The translations under genes and the position numbers were made by a program. A DNA stretch of 64,000 nucleotides from Gonapodya sp. JEL0774 (Eukaryota). The notes below the pieces were generated by a model. The model saw nothing but the letters and a program-made list of their open reading frames with translations. It was not told the origin of the DNA and did not search any database. Below, piece by piece: positions 37,543 to 50,900 of the stretch. Numbering within the stretch: position 1 is the first letter of the stretch; the number at the start of each line of letters is the position of its first letter. The stretch spans positions 1 through 64,000 of the forward strand of contig JADIIX010000123.1 of NCBI GenBank assembly GCA_027604505.1. Direction: 5' to 3'.

Positions 37543-39891
37543 CTAATGCCCACCGGAACAAACTCGGTCCAAATCGAAGTCAAAAGCATCTCCAGGGGTG
37601 AGTGTGAAAACTTCGTAGGTTTCTATAGCAGCTTGGTACGTTGTGATGATCGCGGAGAGGCCCTGAAGTGAAATCGAAAATGTGAGGCTTGCGCAAATCC
37701 ACAGGAATATGCGAATACTACTTACAATGCCCATACTCAGAGCAAATACTATGATGCTTCTGCGGCCAGTCCGGGACACAATATAATGAGTTAACCAATG
37801 TGCTAGCACGCCGCTCACCACTGTCACACCTCCAAACAACAGACAGTAGCTGTAGTTCAAACGTCCAAGGAACGCAAATTGAGCTGTGAGGGGCATTCGT
37901 GTGGTAAGTCAGTGTATCCGCCCAGAATATGAAGATGCAACCAGACATACATGATGTTGAGGACGCAGTGAAAACAATCATCAAATTTGAAACGGCAGAA
38001 ATCTTCACAGGATCAGGCCTCTTGCACATCTCCAAGAGCAATGGTCCAATCACCAGCGCTCCACCTACGCCAAACGCTCCAGCCATGACTCCCGACACAA
38101 ACGCCAGGAATGGAAAGAGCACAGTCGTCTTTCCGTTCCATTGAAATGCGGTCGGATCCGCTTCAAGTATCTCTCGCTCCTCAGCCGTCATGCGCGCATT
38201 GCGGGCAAGTAACCATCCCGCTACGACTGACCATGCGACGATGCAAACAATGATTTCGAAGAGGGTCAGGCCCCAATAGGTGCCTGAGCAGGTGGTGACA
38301 AAGACGCGGCCAAGAGAGCACACGATAATAGTGAGCCATGAGACGAAGAGCGGCCCAAGGTAGGATATATTGGAGAGGGATAGGCATGCGGCAAGAGACT
38401 CAAAGTATGTTGGTTCGGACCTTGCGTCCGGCATCTCGGGAAAGGACTCGAAGCTATCTCTGCGGGAGAGATGAGGAAACTCAGTGTAAGAGGAAGACGG
38501 AGTGGATGACATGGGCTCAGGATATGCAGGAGGGGGATCTGTAACGGCAATGTGCTCGACATCTTCTGTGGCGCCGTTGGGAGGCCTGTACTCGTCATTC
38601 TCGTCGTCTGAATGATCTTCCGGATGCGCCCACCTGCATTCAACAGTGTGAAACCAGTCAAGAAAGTGAACGAACCAATATCTGGCAACACCTCTCACCA
38701 AAAGACCCTGGGTGTGGTGAAACTCCTCGCGAGGCTCACGGGTGCATTTGGCCGCGCCAACACACCCGCACTCTTGGACCTCGGCATAGTTTCTGTTTCA
38801 CGCCTCCACAACGCGGATGGAGATCGAGCCATGTCAACCTTGCCAGCAAGTGCTCCGAAAGTTGCCGAGCGCCCGATGTTGGACGTCAACGCATTGATGA
38901 CGAGGGGCGTCCTCTCGTCTGCAATCTCCTGAGGATTTGCCACAGCATTGTCAATCTTGACGGGCATGACGGTGGGGCTTGGTGGCGATTCCTGGTGAGT
39001 CGTGGACGGATTGTGATGGTCCGCACCACTGGCCGTAAGAAGTTTGCTCTCGAAACGGGCGAGGGAGAGAGCTTTGAAAAACGTTTTGTACGCTGTGTAG
39101 GAGAGAATAAGAACAAGGCAAACCAGGAGAATCCACGAAGGTGACAGAAGGTTAAAGTAACTTGAACGTGTTGTTCAGGTCCAAAACAAAGGTGAGATAC
39201 ACCACCGACAGTTGATCTCGGCCAAAAGGAGGTAACTCACATCCCAAGCACGGTTCCTGCAAGGGTGGGCGGTTCTAAGAGTGCAACCGCCTGCACATCG
39301 ACATGGGGGATGTTGCCGACCACCACCAAAAAGTTGGCGGCCAGCACCAAAACCTTGGAGAGCGGTATAGTAGCATAAGGGGACAGATGCTGTACCATGA
39401 GCAATACGGGCACTATGAGAGCACCCCCGCCCACACCTCCCACTGTAATTGGGGGTTCATGTTCGTCAGAACTCTCGCTTTCGATAAAACAAGTATGCCT
39501 AAAACGTTCGCGCACTAACTTGTTGCAATCACATTCGAAAGTGTTAAAAGGAGTAGTGAGACCCATGTTCGTGTGGACAGAGGGTACAGAGGGGGCCACC
39601 TGTCGTTTGTCGTTTCAGAAACAGTGTAATGGAAGTGGGTTGGACACCCCACGACGAAAGATATGACAAGCACACTCACGTTTCAGCGGAGCTCATCGAG
39701 CTTTCCACCTTCTCCGCCGATTTCTGTCGCAGCTCCAAGGACAAATCGCGCCCAGCGACACGGATATTCAAGTCCGAATGGGCATTTCCCAAACGCTGAG
39801 CCGCCAGGGGCATCAAAATTGCCGCGATCAGGAGCGCTGCAACGATGGCATTGAGTCGATTGCGGTCCACCGTCAGGAAACGGGATGGCAT
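37543..39891 (-). CDS. Sulfite exporter TauE/SafE family membrane protein with a large central loop
   Basis: GGVGGGALIVPVL, YATIPLSK, LEPPTLAGTVLG, second half-repeat SGVMAGAFGVGGALVIGPLLLE, GRRSIIVF. Confidence 0.88.
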
Positions 39892-40123
39892 TTTGTAAGT
39901 GGGGGGCTGCTGCCACATGTGCCGACTGTCACAGGGAGTTCCGCCAGAGCAGCACGAAGTAAATGCGCTGTTATGTTTAACACATTTGCTTATGGACCAA
40001 TGCTCGAGTAAAACCAAAGTGCGAAGTGCAATTACTATTGAGCTACACAATTGAGTGGTTAATACCATTCCAACGAGGGGGCTCAGTTGTTACGTTCAAA
40101 GAGTTCGTGAGTCCTTCCAACCA

Positions 40124-40792
40124 TCACACAACAAGCTTCGACATAGCTGCCTCCAAGTCATTGAGCTCCTTCTGCATTTCCGGTATCTTTCTCACTTTCT
40201 CCTTCTGCTCTGTCGCCAAATCAGAACCCGCGCTCTTCTCCTGGAGCTCTTGCGCCTGACGCAGCTTCTTTTTTAGAGCCCGGACCTTCTTTTCTAGTTC
40301 AGCATGGGATGAAGAAGAGGTTGTTTGACTGTCGGGCGTGGTCGATGAGGAAGGTTGGGACGTGGAGGCAATTACAGAGGGAGGAGCAGGAGACAAAACC
40401 GCCTTTCCCGGTGTGTTCGTCGGCGCTGATGATTGTCCAACATTCCCATCATTCGGCATCGGCTCTACTTCGTCATCCTCCTTTCCATCCGCATCGTCTT
40501 CATTGCCATCCTTCCGTCTCGCCTTTCGCCTTTCGTTTTTCTTAGCAGCCTTAGTCTTTGGTCCTTCCTTTTCCTTAGATACCACCCCCAGTCCCACCAC
40601 ATATCCAGCAGGTAGTCGCGCACTTTCCGCGCGAGCGTTCTTGTAACGCGTTACGTCCTCTGGTGGGGTGTAGCCGTCCCGAACCCGTCGTTCCGGGCGG
40701 ACAGTACCGTCTGGTCGCCGAGACTGGGGAATAACTCGCTCGCCATCGGTTCTAGTTGCGATTCCCGATACAGGGCGTGTACTTTGGGACAT
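40124..40792 (-). CDS. PYM1: Partner of Y14 and Mago (PYM/WIBG), exon junction complex-binding
   Basis: GERVIPQSRRPDGTVRPERRVRDGYTPPEDVTRY (Mago-binding) and EKKVRALKKKLRQAQEL...EQKEKV. Single exon of 222 aa. Confidence 0.95.
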   Translation of the reverse strand: MSQSTRPVSGIATRTDGERVIPQSRRPDGTVRPERRVRDGYTPPEDVTRYKNARAESARLPAGYVVGLGVVSKEKEGPKTKAAKKNERRKARRKDGNEDDADGKEDDEVEPMPNDGNVGQSSAPTNTPGKAVLSPAPPSVIASTSQPSSSTTPDSQTTSSSSHAELEKKVRALKKKLRQAQELQEKSAGSDLATEQKEKVRKIPEMQKELNDLEAAMSKLVV

Positions 40793-41078
40793 AATGAATT
40801 AGTCGATGTGCCGCAGCTGTTCCTTTCTGGCAGCACCAGTCGACAACACAGAGTGCGCCCATGAACAAAGCAAGAGCAAACCACAGAGGCGAACAATAGA
40901 GACACGAGACTATTCACCCTGAACAACGAAGGAACGCTATGTGAAATTTTCTCAAGGACGGATTTGTGAGGCATGTGGGAATGTCCATGAACTTCGAAAA
41001 TTGGCAAAATTTCGAGAAATTACCAATATAAACTGCGATATCTGAAGAAATCGTAAGTTACGCGGTCGAGAATATAAA

Positions 41079-41583
41079 ATGGCACCCACTTTTGGGGAAT
41101 ACATAAGTGCTGACTTGGGAGACACCGCCTTCAAGAGGCCGAACCGGACCGTCGGAGCCGTTTCTTTCCACCAAACCTACTTTGACACACTCCGCCAAGC
41201 GTGTACGCAATATTGTAAGTGTTCGAGAAGTCTGCAGCCCTTGCACGGGGTCATCCAGAGCTCTGGTGGTGTTTGCCAACGAAGTTCGACGTGGAGAGGA
41301 CGGTCCAGGAACTATGCGGGAGAGTTTGCAACTTGCCAGAAGAATGAATATGGAAAGAGATAGAGATAAAGGATGGGAGACAGTTTCACGACATGAGATG
41401 ACTCTCGCCGGGGTTGTAATGTGCAAATGTTTCGCCACTCTGAAGGGGAACATCACTGAAGCAATAGTCGCGGAGCAATACAGAAAGGGTATAAAGTCCG
41501 TCTACCGTTTTGCAAGCCGAACAGAGACGTCTTTCGAATCGTGTGGTTGGTCCTTCTCCGATGATCCCATTGTGTTCATCTGA
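41079..41583 (+). CDS. Possible small hypothetical gene (2 or more exons)
   Basis: Overlapping ORFs 41079 and 41107 have splice-like signals between them. No recognisable motif. Confidence 0.25.
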
Positions 41584-41814
41584 AGACCGTAATACGGTCA
41601 GAAATCGGCAAGCCATCATGAATCTCTTACCATAGTGAAACTTGGACGTCCCTATCTTCAATCGGAGCTTGGGAAACCGTTGTTTCTTCTCAAGTCTCAC
41701 CTCCCCAACCGTACGCCCCTTCAAACTGTCACATCCAGACTCTCGATGTACTAGAGAAGTTATCTGGATATCCCACCCAAACGATTCTTTTATTTGAGAT
41801 TTGTGCTCGCTGTC

Positions 41815-43309
41815 ATGGATTTGGACTGGTGCTTGGTCTGTGACAAGCGGACAGAGGTGACTAGAAGTGCAGAAGGGTGTCTTTATCCCACCTTATTCTT
41901 TTCAACTGTTCCCTCGATAGGACGATGTATATTGCTCAGAGGACTGCCGGATAGTTGACCAGCTTCGACGAGAAGCACAGTCAGCTGGAGGGCCAAAGCG
42001 TGGTGTCAACGGCAACGGGCTCATCGCAGTCGAACGACTCAAGGACGACTCGGACGTTTACTCGGGCTCACCTTCAAATGACATGGGCCGTGGTGTGAGC
42101 GCACTTACCGCCGCTGTCGCAAAAATGCACCCCGGGGACATTTCTTCAACCTCCCCTGGATTGTCTGGTTCGGTGGCTCACCGGCAGATTATGGGGATCC
42201 GACCACGCTCTCAATCTCATTCGCATCACGGCACTCAACATCGACCGCTGTTTCAAAACACTCCACTGGTACCCGTATCCACGTCACCTCGTTCCACCGC
42301 GTCGCCAGGTGGCTCGCTCAACCAAATTAACCTCACCACAGGCAAGGGTCTTCTCAGCGACCAACTTGCGCCCCACCCTGGTGATATTCACGCGTACCCT
42401 CATCAACATGAGTCACTTGCACATCGAGCGGCTGCTTCGACGATAACCCGCGCGGCGCCTTTTGAACTCCAACGGCGCCGGAGGTCGACTCCCCACGCGT
42501 TCTTGGTTCATCCGGACGCCCCACACTTGGATCAGTTCACTACACCGGAAGTTGCTGTCGCAATGGCAATGGCAGCATCAGAACAGGAACAAGATTCCGG
42601 TGTGGTGCCGTTGGTTGCAGCATTCGGGCACCATGAGACCCAGACGGATGATCCGTCACGCACCTCTTCTGCTCGCCCGAAGTACTCCAATGGATACCTT
42701 ATCCCTTCGGCCTCGGAAAATCCTCCACCCGATCCCTTCGCGTTGACTCCAAAGTCGACCGTCGATTCTACCGGTGTTCTTCCGAAGCTCCCTCCGCCAT
42801 CCGGATCGACAGGAGAAATTTTGGAGCCTCCTTTAACTTTGAACCAATCCGACCTTGAAGCGGCGTCGCTCGCACAGCCTGGTGGTCATTACAAGGTGCT
42901 CTCGGAGCCTGTTCGACCCTCCAATATCTTTGGTGCGCTCCGGCAGGGACTGGACATGACCAAAGGTGCCAATGGAAAATCACCATCTGTACAGGAAAGC
43001 AAACTCTCGGGCGGAATCGTTGCGGGCCTTTCCCCAAACGGCCGACACGGCGGCCTATACCCTCTTGCCGCAGGAAGCAACAAACGCCTAAATTCCCAAA
43101 CTACTGATGTGCAGAGTGAAGCTGCATTTGAACTCCCCAATTCTCGCCCTTCGAGCGGTGCGGGTCACGAGGAAAAGAGAGGAAGCAGGCCTGGCGAAAC
43201 GCTCGCTGCGACAGCGTTTGCAAAGAAGGGCACAGTGATACTGGCGCATGACGGAACCGTTCTGGGAAAGCGAACCAAGGACGGGTCATGGGCCGGAGTT
43301 TCGGTTTAA
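41815..43309 (+). CDS. Ecl1/2/3-family protein (N-terminal zinc-binding motif, long disordered tail)
   Basis: Spliced N-terminus MDLDWCLVCDKRTE|DDVYCSEDCRIVD (CxxCD...YCSxxC). Intron about 41857-41920, continuing into ORF 42083..43309. Confidence 0.8.
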
Positions 43310-43493
43310 CATTTCTTACTTGATGGATGGACGAAAAAGATGTTGTTCTTTGACGCCTTTGAGCATGCGTGGAAATACGTGTTTATGTTTTGCTGGCAGA
43401 GCCAGTTTACAAGGGACACCTGCTGTATATATTTCAATGAAAGCAAAAACTTCCGATGTATGCTGAATGAATGAACTAATGTTTGAAAATTAA

Positions 43494-44480
43494 TTATTCA
43501 TCATCGCCTTCAATAGCTGCACGGAATGACTGATGCCGTGTTAGATGAGAAGAGGCTATTACTTCATAAGGCGGAGAGGGCTGGTCGCGATAGTGCTCTT
43601 TCGACGTGGTCGTGGACCGTGTAGTCCATGAACCTGTTTCTCCACGAGATACTTCAGAGTCAGGTTCAACTCCCTGGTCAGGAGAGTTGAGCAATTTGCC
43701 GAAAACATCCGACATGTCCCTCCAGACGGTCCGTTTCCCAGTCTGTTTTGATACTCGCGGGGAGGCATATTTCTGAATCAAGTCTTCCTCACTGTCATAA
43801 GCATCAGCATCGTCATTCTCAATTTCATCATTCTCTGTTTGAGCCGCATTGATGGAAGAGTCCCCTGTTTCCAGTGGGGGATGAACCATGATGCTCGGCA
43901 ACGTCGTTGGAGTCAAGCCTCGTGCTGCATGTCCGTCATCAGACAGAAGAGGCTTGTGGACATTCGCCAATGGGTGTTGATAAACATTTTCTGTTTCGTA
44001 CTCCGAAGTTTCCCGCACGGGCATCCGTCGTGTTCCACGGAACGGGCGGGAGCGATATTTACTCGTGGAGCGGGATCTCCTAGTCAAGAACAAATACACT
44101 CCCGCCGAAGCGACCAGGAGCACAGTTCCCCCAATAATCAGGCCAATGATGGCAGCAAGCGGAAGTCCCGCTGACGGTGGTGGGGATACGGGTACTACAA
44201 GTGCGGACGGTGGTGGGGATATGGGTGTTACAATAGCCGAAGGTGGTGTAGGAAATTGCGAATCAAGTGGTGAGGAAGGAACCGAGAGAACTGTTGCAGA
44301 GGAGGATGGTGTAGGTGGTGTAGGTGGTAAAGGGCCCGATACAATCACAGGTGCGGAAGGTAGCGAACGGTCTGGCGTTTGAGTTGATTCGGGTGGTGCT
44401 GCAGGCGGAGGTTCTGGTACAGTTGAAGGTAGAAGTTCCATCGGTACCGAGGTTGGAATCTTTGTGAAAGTTATGTCCAT
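43494..44480 (-). CDS. Single-pass membrane protein with a Pro/Ser/Thr-rich ectodomain (Mid2/WSC-like layout)
   Basis: 328-aa ORF with a P/S/T-rich N-half containing PPSA repeats, TM AIIGLIIGGTVLLVASAGVYLFL followed by TRRSR, and an acidic tail. An upstream exon is possible. Confidence 0.7.
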   Translation of the reverse strand: MDITFTKIPTSVPMELLPSTVPEPPPAAPPESTQTPDRSLPSAPVIVSGPLPPTPPTPSSSATVLSVPSSPLDSQFPTPPSAIVTPISPPPSALVVPVSPPPSAGLPLAAIIGLIIGGTVLLVASAGVYLFLTRRSRSTSKYRSRPFRGTRRMPVRETSEYETENVYQHPLANVHKPLLSDDGHAARGLTPTTLPSIMVHPPLETGDSSINAAQTENDEIENDDADAYDSEEDLIQKYASPRVSKQTGKRTVWRDMSDVFGKLLNSPDQGVEPDSEVSRGETGSWTTRSTTTSKEHYRDQPSPPYEVIASSHLTRHQSFRAAIEGDDE

Positions 44481-44974
44481 CTGTCAAAACAATACAACGG
44501 CTGTGGGAGGGATCTGTCATGGTTTCGTTCAACCACGGCTCGTCACATTCAGATACGATGGTCAGCGCTTTTTCGGCAACAGAGCAACACTTACAGTTTC
44601 AGTTCCGAGGCCAGACGAGATATTCCAGCAGAGGCAGCTTTTTGTGATGCAGGAAGAGCAAGATACACCGATACCACGAGGGGGACGGAAAAACTGCCTC
44701 GCAGCGATAGCGGGACTAGAGATTCAATCTTCATTCGCAGGCATCCGGTTGTTTATGAACTCGCGGATGGTGAAAATCTGTTGGAACCCCTGTGTGATGT
44801 TTTAGTGTTGGTTTACTACTTGGCTTTGAGGCTGGCTCCTCCCACTCCCGCGCCGCAGCAGTCCTCGACAAGCCACTCAAAACTCAATATGTACTTGAAT
44901 TGCGGAGATTCGCGGTATCGATATTCGCATGTTTATGACACTTGTTAATTATCATGTTTGCGAAGGTACCAGTC

Positions 44975-47900
44975 CTATTCGTCGTCATCAAAATCTTCCT
45001 CCAAGCTGTGTGGGTTGGCATAGTTACCATTCGTTCCACTTGTTCGCCACCCGTCGTCATCTGTCGTTGCCACACTCTGGTATCTGCGCCCGCGGAGTCG
45101 ATCCACGACCCAGTCATAGCCATCCAGTACCTTGTTCACCACCCACCGTCCTCCAAGACCGACAGCCTCCCAAGAAAGCTCTCCAACTGCGCGAACATAC
45201 TGTCCGGCAGTTTGCAATGCAGGCTCCATCTGCCGCATAAACCCAGGACCCCCTCGGGACATCGTTGAACCACGGATCAGGCTTTCGTCATCAGGGAGCC
45301 TGCAGAAATGCGCGAGAAGAGAGTCCAAAGGTCGGGCACCCGAAACATCTGCTGTTGCATCATGAAACAAAACACCCACATGATTCGCTGGGGCGCCCGA
45401 GTGTACATGTAGTACCCTGCGCCCGCAAAAACTCCAATGAATCCTAGGGCGAGCCCCGCAATCGCACCTGACGACCACTTATGGGAGTCTGAAGAGAACC
45501 AAATAAATTAGTACGAATAAAGGAGTCGACAGGAGGTTTCTGCATCGCGTTCAAAACATACCTCCGCACGCCAGAGCATGATCCGGCACATCTAGTGTAA
45601 GACCTCCGAGGCATGCAGACAAAGGTGTCTTACGATACCCTGTAGACAAGCCGTACCACCCATTCTTGCAACTTGTCTGCGGCATCTCAGCACCATCTGC
45701 CAGAACACAAGACCCATTCTCGGCACGGACAAAATTGTAGTCGCTAGCACACGACAGGCGGTGTCATTCCTCAAGGACAGACAACCACGAAGGATCTCGC
45801 CAAGCGCTTACCACTGGAAATCATGCACAGTGCATTTACAGCTCTTCTGAACGACGAGGGGGTTCTCGTTGAACTTCTGCCCCACGAAACATTCACTCTC
45901 CCGCTTTCGACGGTAGTACTGAACCTCACGACCGAAGAGACACGGATGGTCGTTGGCGTTTGACTGGGGCGACCACAGTTCGAAATCACTCTTCGAGGGA
46001 TCTTGCATGTCGAGCGTGCCTATCGAAAATGACAAGATAGTTTGAGGGAACGCCGGCGAAAGGAGGGTCTCGTTCCACGTCGCTTACATTGCCGGGTTCG
46101 TAAAGCCTCGAAATTGAGGTAAATTGCGACATCTCTACCGTCTATATCGGTCACGTCGTCCTTGATCAAGTGACCCAAGAGAACAAACTGCTGGCTCGTT
46201 GAGTCAGGCTCGGATAAGATGTTGGTTACGCGGACTTTCTGAGAACCCTTGTCAACGAAAACGTACTCCTGCCAGGTTAGACCCATGTTCAAGGAGTAGC
46301 TTTTTGAAGAACCAAAAGAGGCGGAATCAGCATCCATCGAGATCATTCAGACACATCTACCAGCAATACTCAACACAACACGGTCCGTAGGCTCCTCGTC
46401 GTTGACAAGAATGATAATAGCACCATGGTCGCCAAACTTGTACATATGCGCATCTTTGTGAACCTCAACCCATGTCTTGCCAGCATCGCGGGTCAAGAAG
46501 GTGTTGCCGTCGTTGTATTTCGTGAGATGAGGCCCAACGTTCCCTACCGCCAACATCAATCCAACAGCGGATGTCGAGCTGAACTGGTTTCGAGGATCAT
46601 GCCGCTCAGTGTAGCTGTGCAAGTTCAACAAGCATCCCTACAAGCAATTTAAGGGAAACCATTGGTTGGAAATAAAGGCTCAAAGCTAGAACAGACGAGG
46701 GCAAAAAAAAGTGAGGTTGGAGCCCACGGACACTCACGGGGCAGTCGTACTTCGTTCCATCCGATCCAACAGCGGGAGGTGTCAATGTAGTCCAGCTACC
46801 ACCATCATCAAATGAGATCAAGGTTCGGATTTCCTTCGGTTGGCCAGCAGCTGCCGCTACTGGATTCATGACTTGATTGATCATGGCAATACCTTGAATG
46901 CCTTGCATTTTCTCAAAGTCGACGAAACTGCACAGTGGGGTTGATGAACATTCTTGGTTGAGTTGCTTCTGACACACACTCACCCTCTGGAATCTCGGTT
47001 CGTGTTTTCGACTGCTTTTGTGTAATATGTGCCGTTCCAATTCGAAATCAGAAGTGTTCCACTCTCGGCGTTCGTAAGAGTGTTCGTGAAAACGTCAATA
47101 AATATAGACCCAGTTGTGGATTCCAAAACGGTGTAACCCTTTCAAGCGGAACCTGCATTGAGAGGATATTCCTCATTGGGCCGTCACTGCTACTCACATG
47201 ACTAGGGACTCTGAAGTTCGGAGGGAACTTCGCAGGAGCGAACGTTTTTCCATCAACGCTGACATAAAGATTCAGGAACTTCTGGTCCCCAATGCTCTTT
47301 TCAAGATGGGCGATAGAAATTCACGGGTGCGGGGAAATTCGATAAAAAATTTTAAGTCTTACCTCCACTTCAGCGACGACCATGAACTCCGCGAAGAGTG
47401 CATAACCCAGAACGTTATTGGCAACGACCGTTGCTGGAGTATCCTCGCCGTGAGAGAAAAAGTCTTCCGAACGGACGATGTGCATGTTAGTCCTCGGCAG
47501 AAGTTTTTGATTGCCCTCCTTGACTTTGAAAGTGTGGCAAAACACCAACGTCTCAGGTGCGTCAGAGAATTTAGCTTCGCTTCCCCAGACGCATGTGTCC
47601 ACATAGTTAGTGAGAGATTTCCAAGTTAGGCCTGCGTTTTGAGTGTAGAATGCCTGCAGCGAGGAGGATCACTCTCAGGAATTAAATCCTGCAAGATTCT
47701 GACCTCTTTAACTCACATTCGCCTCGCAGCGATCATTCGGTGCACCAGCGGCGCATTCTGGTGAGCTACCAACAAAAATCCACCAGCCAGGGTGCGATGA
47801 ATGAAACTGAAGAACTCGTTGGTTGAGGGTGTTGGGGTCAAAGGGTACCACGAAAGACTTGAATGTCTTCCCTTTATCCTCGGTATACCAAATCGTTTTG

Positions 47901-50900
47901 GACTGTCCTAGGAAGAAGGCCTGCGAATATAAAATCATCTTGGTGACTGGAAAGCGCAGAACAGAAAGTGATGGGGCTGCCCACTTGACTCTTCAGATGC
48001 GCGTTCGCGATTATTGTGTCACACTTCAAGTTTTCGAGTCCCAAGGGAATACTCCAAGAAGACCCTTCGTCGTAGCTGATCCTAAGAACCCCTTCAATGT
48101 CTCGGATCATAAGGGTCTACATGAAATATGAGATCGAATCACTGACTCCATAGTGTTCCATGATGCCTTACCCTAGAGTCTTCAAAATACAGCCAGTCAG
48201 CTACTGCAGTGGGGAAGATTGTCTGCGAGAAGAGCTTATTTGCACATATTGACTTGAAACCACGACGACCGAACATTCCGTACCGTCTTCTTCAGAATAC
48301 CAGCAGCGGGAGCTCCCACTTGATTGTCTAACCATGCAATAATCAAGAGATTACGAATGCATCAGAGACTAGGCACCCGACGAGGAAACAGTACCTTCAC
48401 CGCAGATCTTTTCCACTTGCTTTTCCAAATCCATTCCTCCTTCGCAGGTACTTATTGCGATCTTCCGATAACTATTGGAAGCAAATTGAAATAATTAAGA
48501 TGATGAACGAAACACGACGGTGGTTCATTACATACCCGGAGCGACCCATATACTTGCTGCCTTTGGCACAATCCGCGGGTGCAAGTGGATCAGGACCAGC
48601 GAGCACACAATCATGCGTGGTTTCGTCCCGCCAGTAGTTATGATCACTAATGGACGGTGCATTAACATCCGAAAAGCGAAGTGTGATACGTTACGATGTG
48701 CATTTACCACTCAAAATCTCGCACAGTGCATGGGCAGTTGCGCAACCGTTCGTGAGAACCGGTGTACAGCTCTCCGACATAGCACTGAGCGTCACTCTTT
48801 CGTCGATAAAAAATTTCCTGTGTGCCAAGGAGTCGATTACAAAGTCGCGCTAGCATGATACCGACGTAACTTGCCTCATGTCCCAGGAAACATTTTGTAC
48901 CTCCGCCATCAAACGATGGTGACCACTTTTCAAAATCACCTTGTGCTGGATCCTCATTGAAGTTGCCTAATTGGAGATTTGTGTCGCATGCATGTATGCA
49001 AAAGCTTTGTCGATTTGCACACACTCACATTTTCTTCCAAGCAACTGAGAAAAGTCCAATCGTGTGATGACATTACTCTGCTGCGACGCTGATACCACCG
49101 TGAATCGCATACTTGTAGATTTTGGTTCGGTTATAAGTAACCGCACTCGCATGGGGGTATCAGAAAACTTATACTCGGACCACGTGGCACCATAATCCGT
49201 GGAGTAGAGAACCGTGTCAGTAGCAACACCTTCTGCAACAATGACGAGCAGCCCTCCGTGATCACCGAACTTCCACAGGTGTTGTCCTGCTCGGAATTCG
49301 GTCCACGAAGCTCCACCATCGCGGGAAATGAACATGCTGGCCTTATTGTACACGTCCAGATGGTCTCCGACATTCCCAACTCCCATAATTATGCCAGGCG
49401 CGGACCCTGCTGAGAATATGGTTCCACCATGAGCTGCACTAAGCGTTGAGACGGAATGAAAGTTAAGGCGACAAGTCTGAAGACGCGGATTTTCGAAACT
49501 GATTAAGAAAAAGCAGAACCAATACTACAAGCACTTCAAACACATACCGATTGGCAGGCGAAGGGTTTTCCATCGACTCCTACTTTGGGAGCGGGTAGGA
49601 GCTCCCAAGAAGCTCCTATTTTATCCACAACAAGCATTCAGTACATTCCAATACCAATAATAAAACAATATGCATCTCACCGTTGTCAAATGAAATTTTG
49701 GAGACTACTTGCTTCGATTCACCCGCAGTCGCGGCAGTTGGATTTGCCACCACGTTGGCAATGATTATACCATCCAAGCCCTTTATGACCTCAAAGTCCA
49801 CAATGCCATTAAGATTTTTGTTCGTGAATTGAAGGGATTTTGTAAAGTATGCCCCATCAGAGTCTGAGGAGAAGAGCATTCCATAGGTGCCTGTAGTCGC
49901 GAATGAACTGGTAACATCGAGGAAGAGATTTCCTGGGTGAGATTCGAGGAGAGTGAAGGCGTTCTTGTCAATTGTTTGAGATGGCGGGAACTGAGCCTCT
50001 TTGAAGTTGCGGCCATCTTTGGAGACATGGATTTGGAGCTGATCATTCGACTCCTTGAATATGTCAGAAGCGTCAGTCAGGAGACTTGGTAGAATGTCGA
50101 GGCTCTCGATATTTAAAGAACGTACCACAGCAACAACGAGGAATCCACTGATGACGAAAAACTCCACGACATTCTGCATCAACACGGTTCGTGTGCTGCC
50201 ATCGTTGCCTTCAAGCAATACCAGTTGAAGAGTTTGATCACCCAATCCAGCTTCCCGGCCGTCCTGTCCAAATCCGTCTCCGTTTTTGTTGGTGTACGAA
50301 GTGCAATACACAGCATCCTTTCCGACAGCAGGGGCAGTGAAGTTTAAGTCCCTGCTCCAGAGACACTTTCGGACCCACGTATCGATAGGGCCGTGCCAGT
50401 GAGCCCCATGATCTTTCGTTATGAAAACTTCCGTGTAACAATCCGGGGTTCCGGGACATTTTCCGTCCTTCATTCCCACCCAAACCAACCAATCTTTCTC
50501 TTCAGGGTGAAAGTCGACCACTGGAGCACCCAGACGATTCCACACAACACCATCCGGTGTTGAGATTTTCTGAAGTGACTCTTTTTTGTTGACATTTGTA
50601 GCGTATCCTTGGAGACGATCAGGACTGTAGTAACTGAAGCCATCTTCGCCGAAAACGTAGACTCTTTTGCTGTCGGCGTCCGATACGCCAAACGCGTGAA
50701 TTGGACCCAATTCGCTCAGGACCTTCAGCCAGGTGCCGCCTTCGTCGCCACTCCACCATATCGTTTGCGCAGCGGTCCGGATGAACAAAACAGGACTATC
50801 CGGGAAGTAAACGAGCGACTCAACTTCCTGTCCATTAGGTAGGATCGTGCTTTGATGTGACACTCCCTTCGCTGGTGGCGGAGAAGTGGTCACGGGACAA

